Below, piece by piece: positions 21,550 through 21,988 of a stretch of DNA of 21,988 nt. The stretch's first letter is position 1. Every line of letters begins with the position of its first letter. The position numbers and the translations under genes are program-made. This DNA is from Octopus sinensis (taxonomy: Eukaryota), in contig NW_021836993.1 in assembly GCF_006345805.1 (NCBI RefSeq), forward strand, positions 1-21,988, in the 5' to 3' direction. The notes under the pieces are model-generated. The model was not told where the DNA came from. It searched no databases and saw only the letters and a program-made list of their open reading frames with translations.

Positions 21550-21945
21550 TCTATATATATAAAGCTGAAGTTGTCTGTGTATGGCAGGTTTGGTTGCCTT
21601 CAACTAACACTATCTCCTCCGAGACCCTGCGTCGCAAGTTGACCAAAATTGAGAGTATGATAGAAGAAGGCTTGCTCTTCATTCCGTAGGAGATAAAATT
21701 CAAATCGGACCATGTAACACACACAAAAAAATTTACATCAAAAAGGTGCTTTTTTTTTCTATGAAAATCGCTATTTTTTTACGATTTTTTGATGACTGCT
21801 GTGTCGCCATTTTTCGGTGTATTTCAACAGAAAAAATGTTCATTTAAAGTGAATAACAAGCTATATAATGCAAAATTTTTACTTTTCAAAAATTCCAATT
21901 CTAAAGGTCGAAACAAATCCGAGCAACGCCGGGCGATACTGCTAG
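21550..21945 (+). mobile_element. Non-autonomous Helitron, 396 bp
   Basis: 5' TC (tctatatatataaag) and 3' CTAG, subterminal hairpin tccgagc-aac-gccggg at 21918-21933, inserted between host A (21549) and T (21946), no TSD. Confidence 0.85.
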
Positions 21946-21988
21946 TATTTAATAAAAAGAGAAAGAGAAGAACACACATACATTTGCA

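Overview
No host protein-coding gene can be supported. This is a repeat-saturated animal genomic window, intergenic or intronic. The SINE families look like those of Octopus or another coleoid cephalopod, which is inferred from recognition and not from a search. The first ~6 kb and many later blocks are compound microsatellites, and these account for almost every ORF in the supplied track. The rest is a nested transposon layer: a young CR1-group LINE ORF2 (12402-15570, minus) in a (TA)n tract, an RTE LINE relic split by a Tc2-type MITE, a fragmented R4/Dong LINE relic with a 360-bp tandem duplication, an internally deleted mariner, a Penelope-like (PLE) relic, a non-autonomous Helitron and at least three tRNA-derived SINE families. 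The most unusual signal is a ~200-bp microsatellite-tailed repeat present twice (6992-7185 and 19595-19797). It carries a minimal hammerhead-ribozyme-like fold with a non-canonical core (CUGURGA-A) on the minus strand. All protein-family calls come from manual translation and motif recognition; no database search was run.
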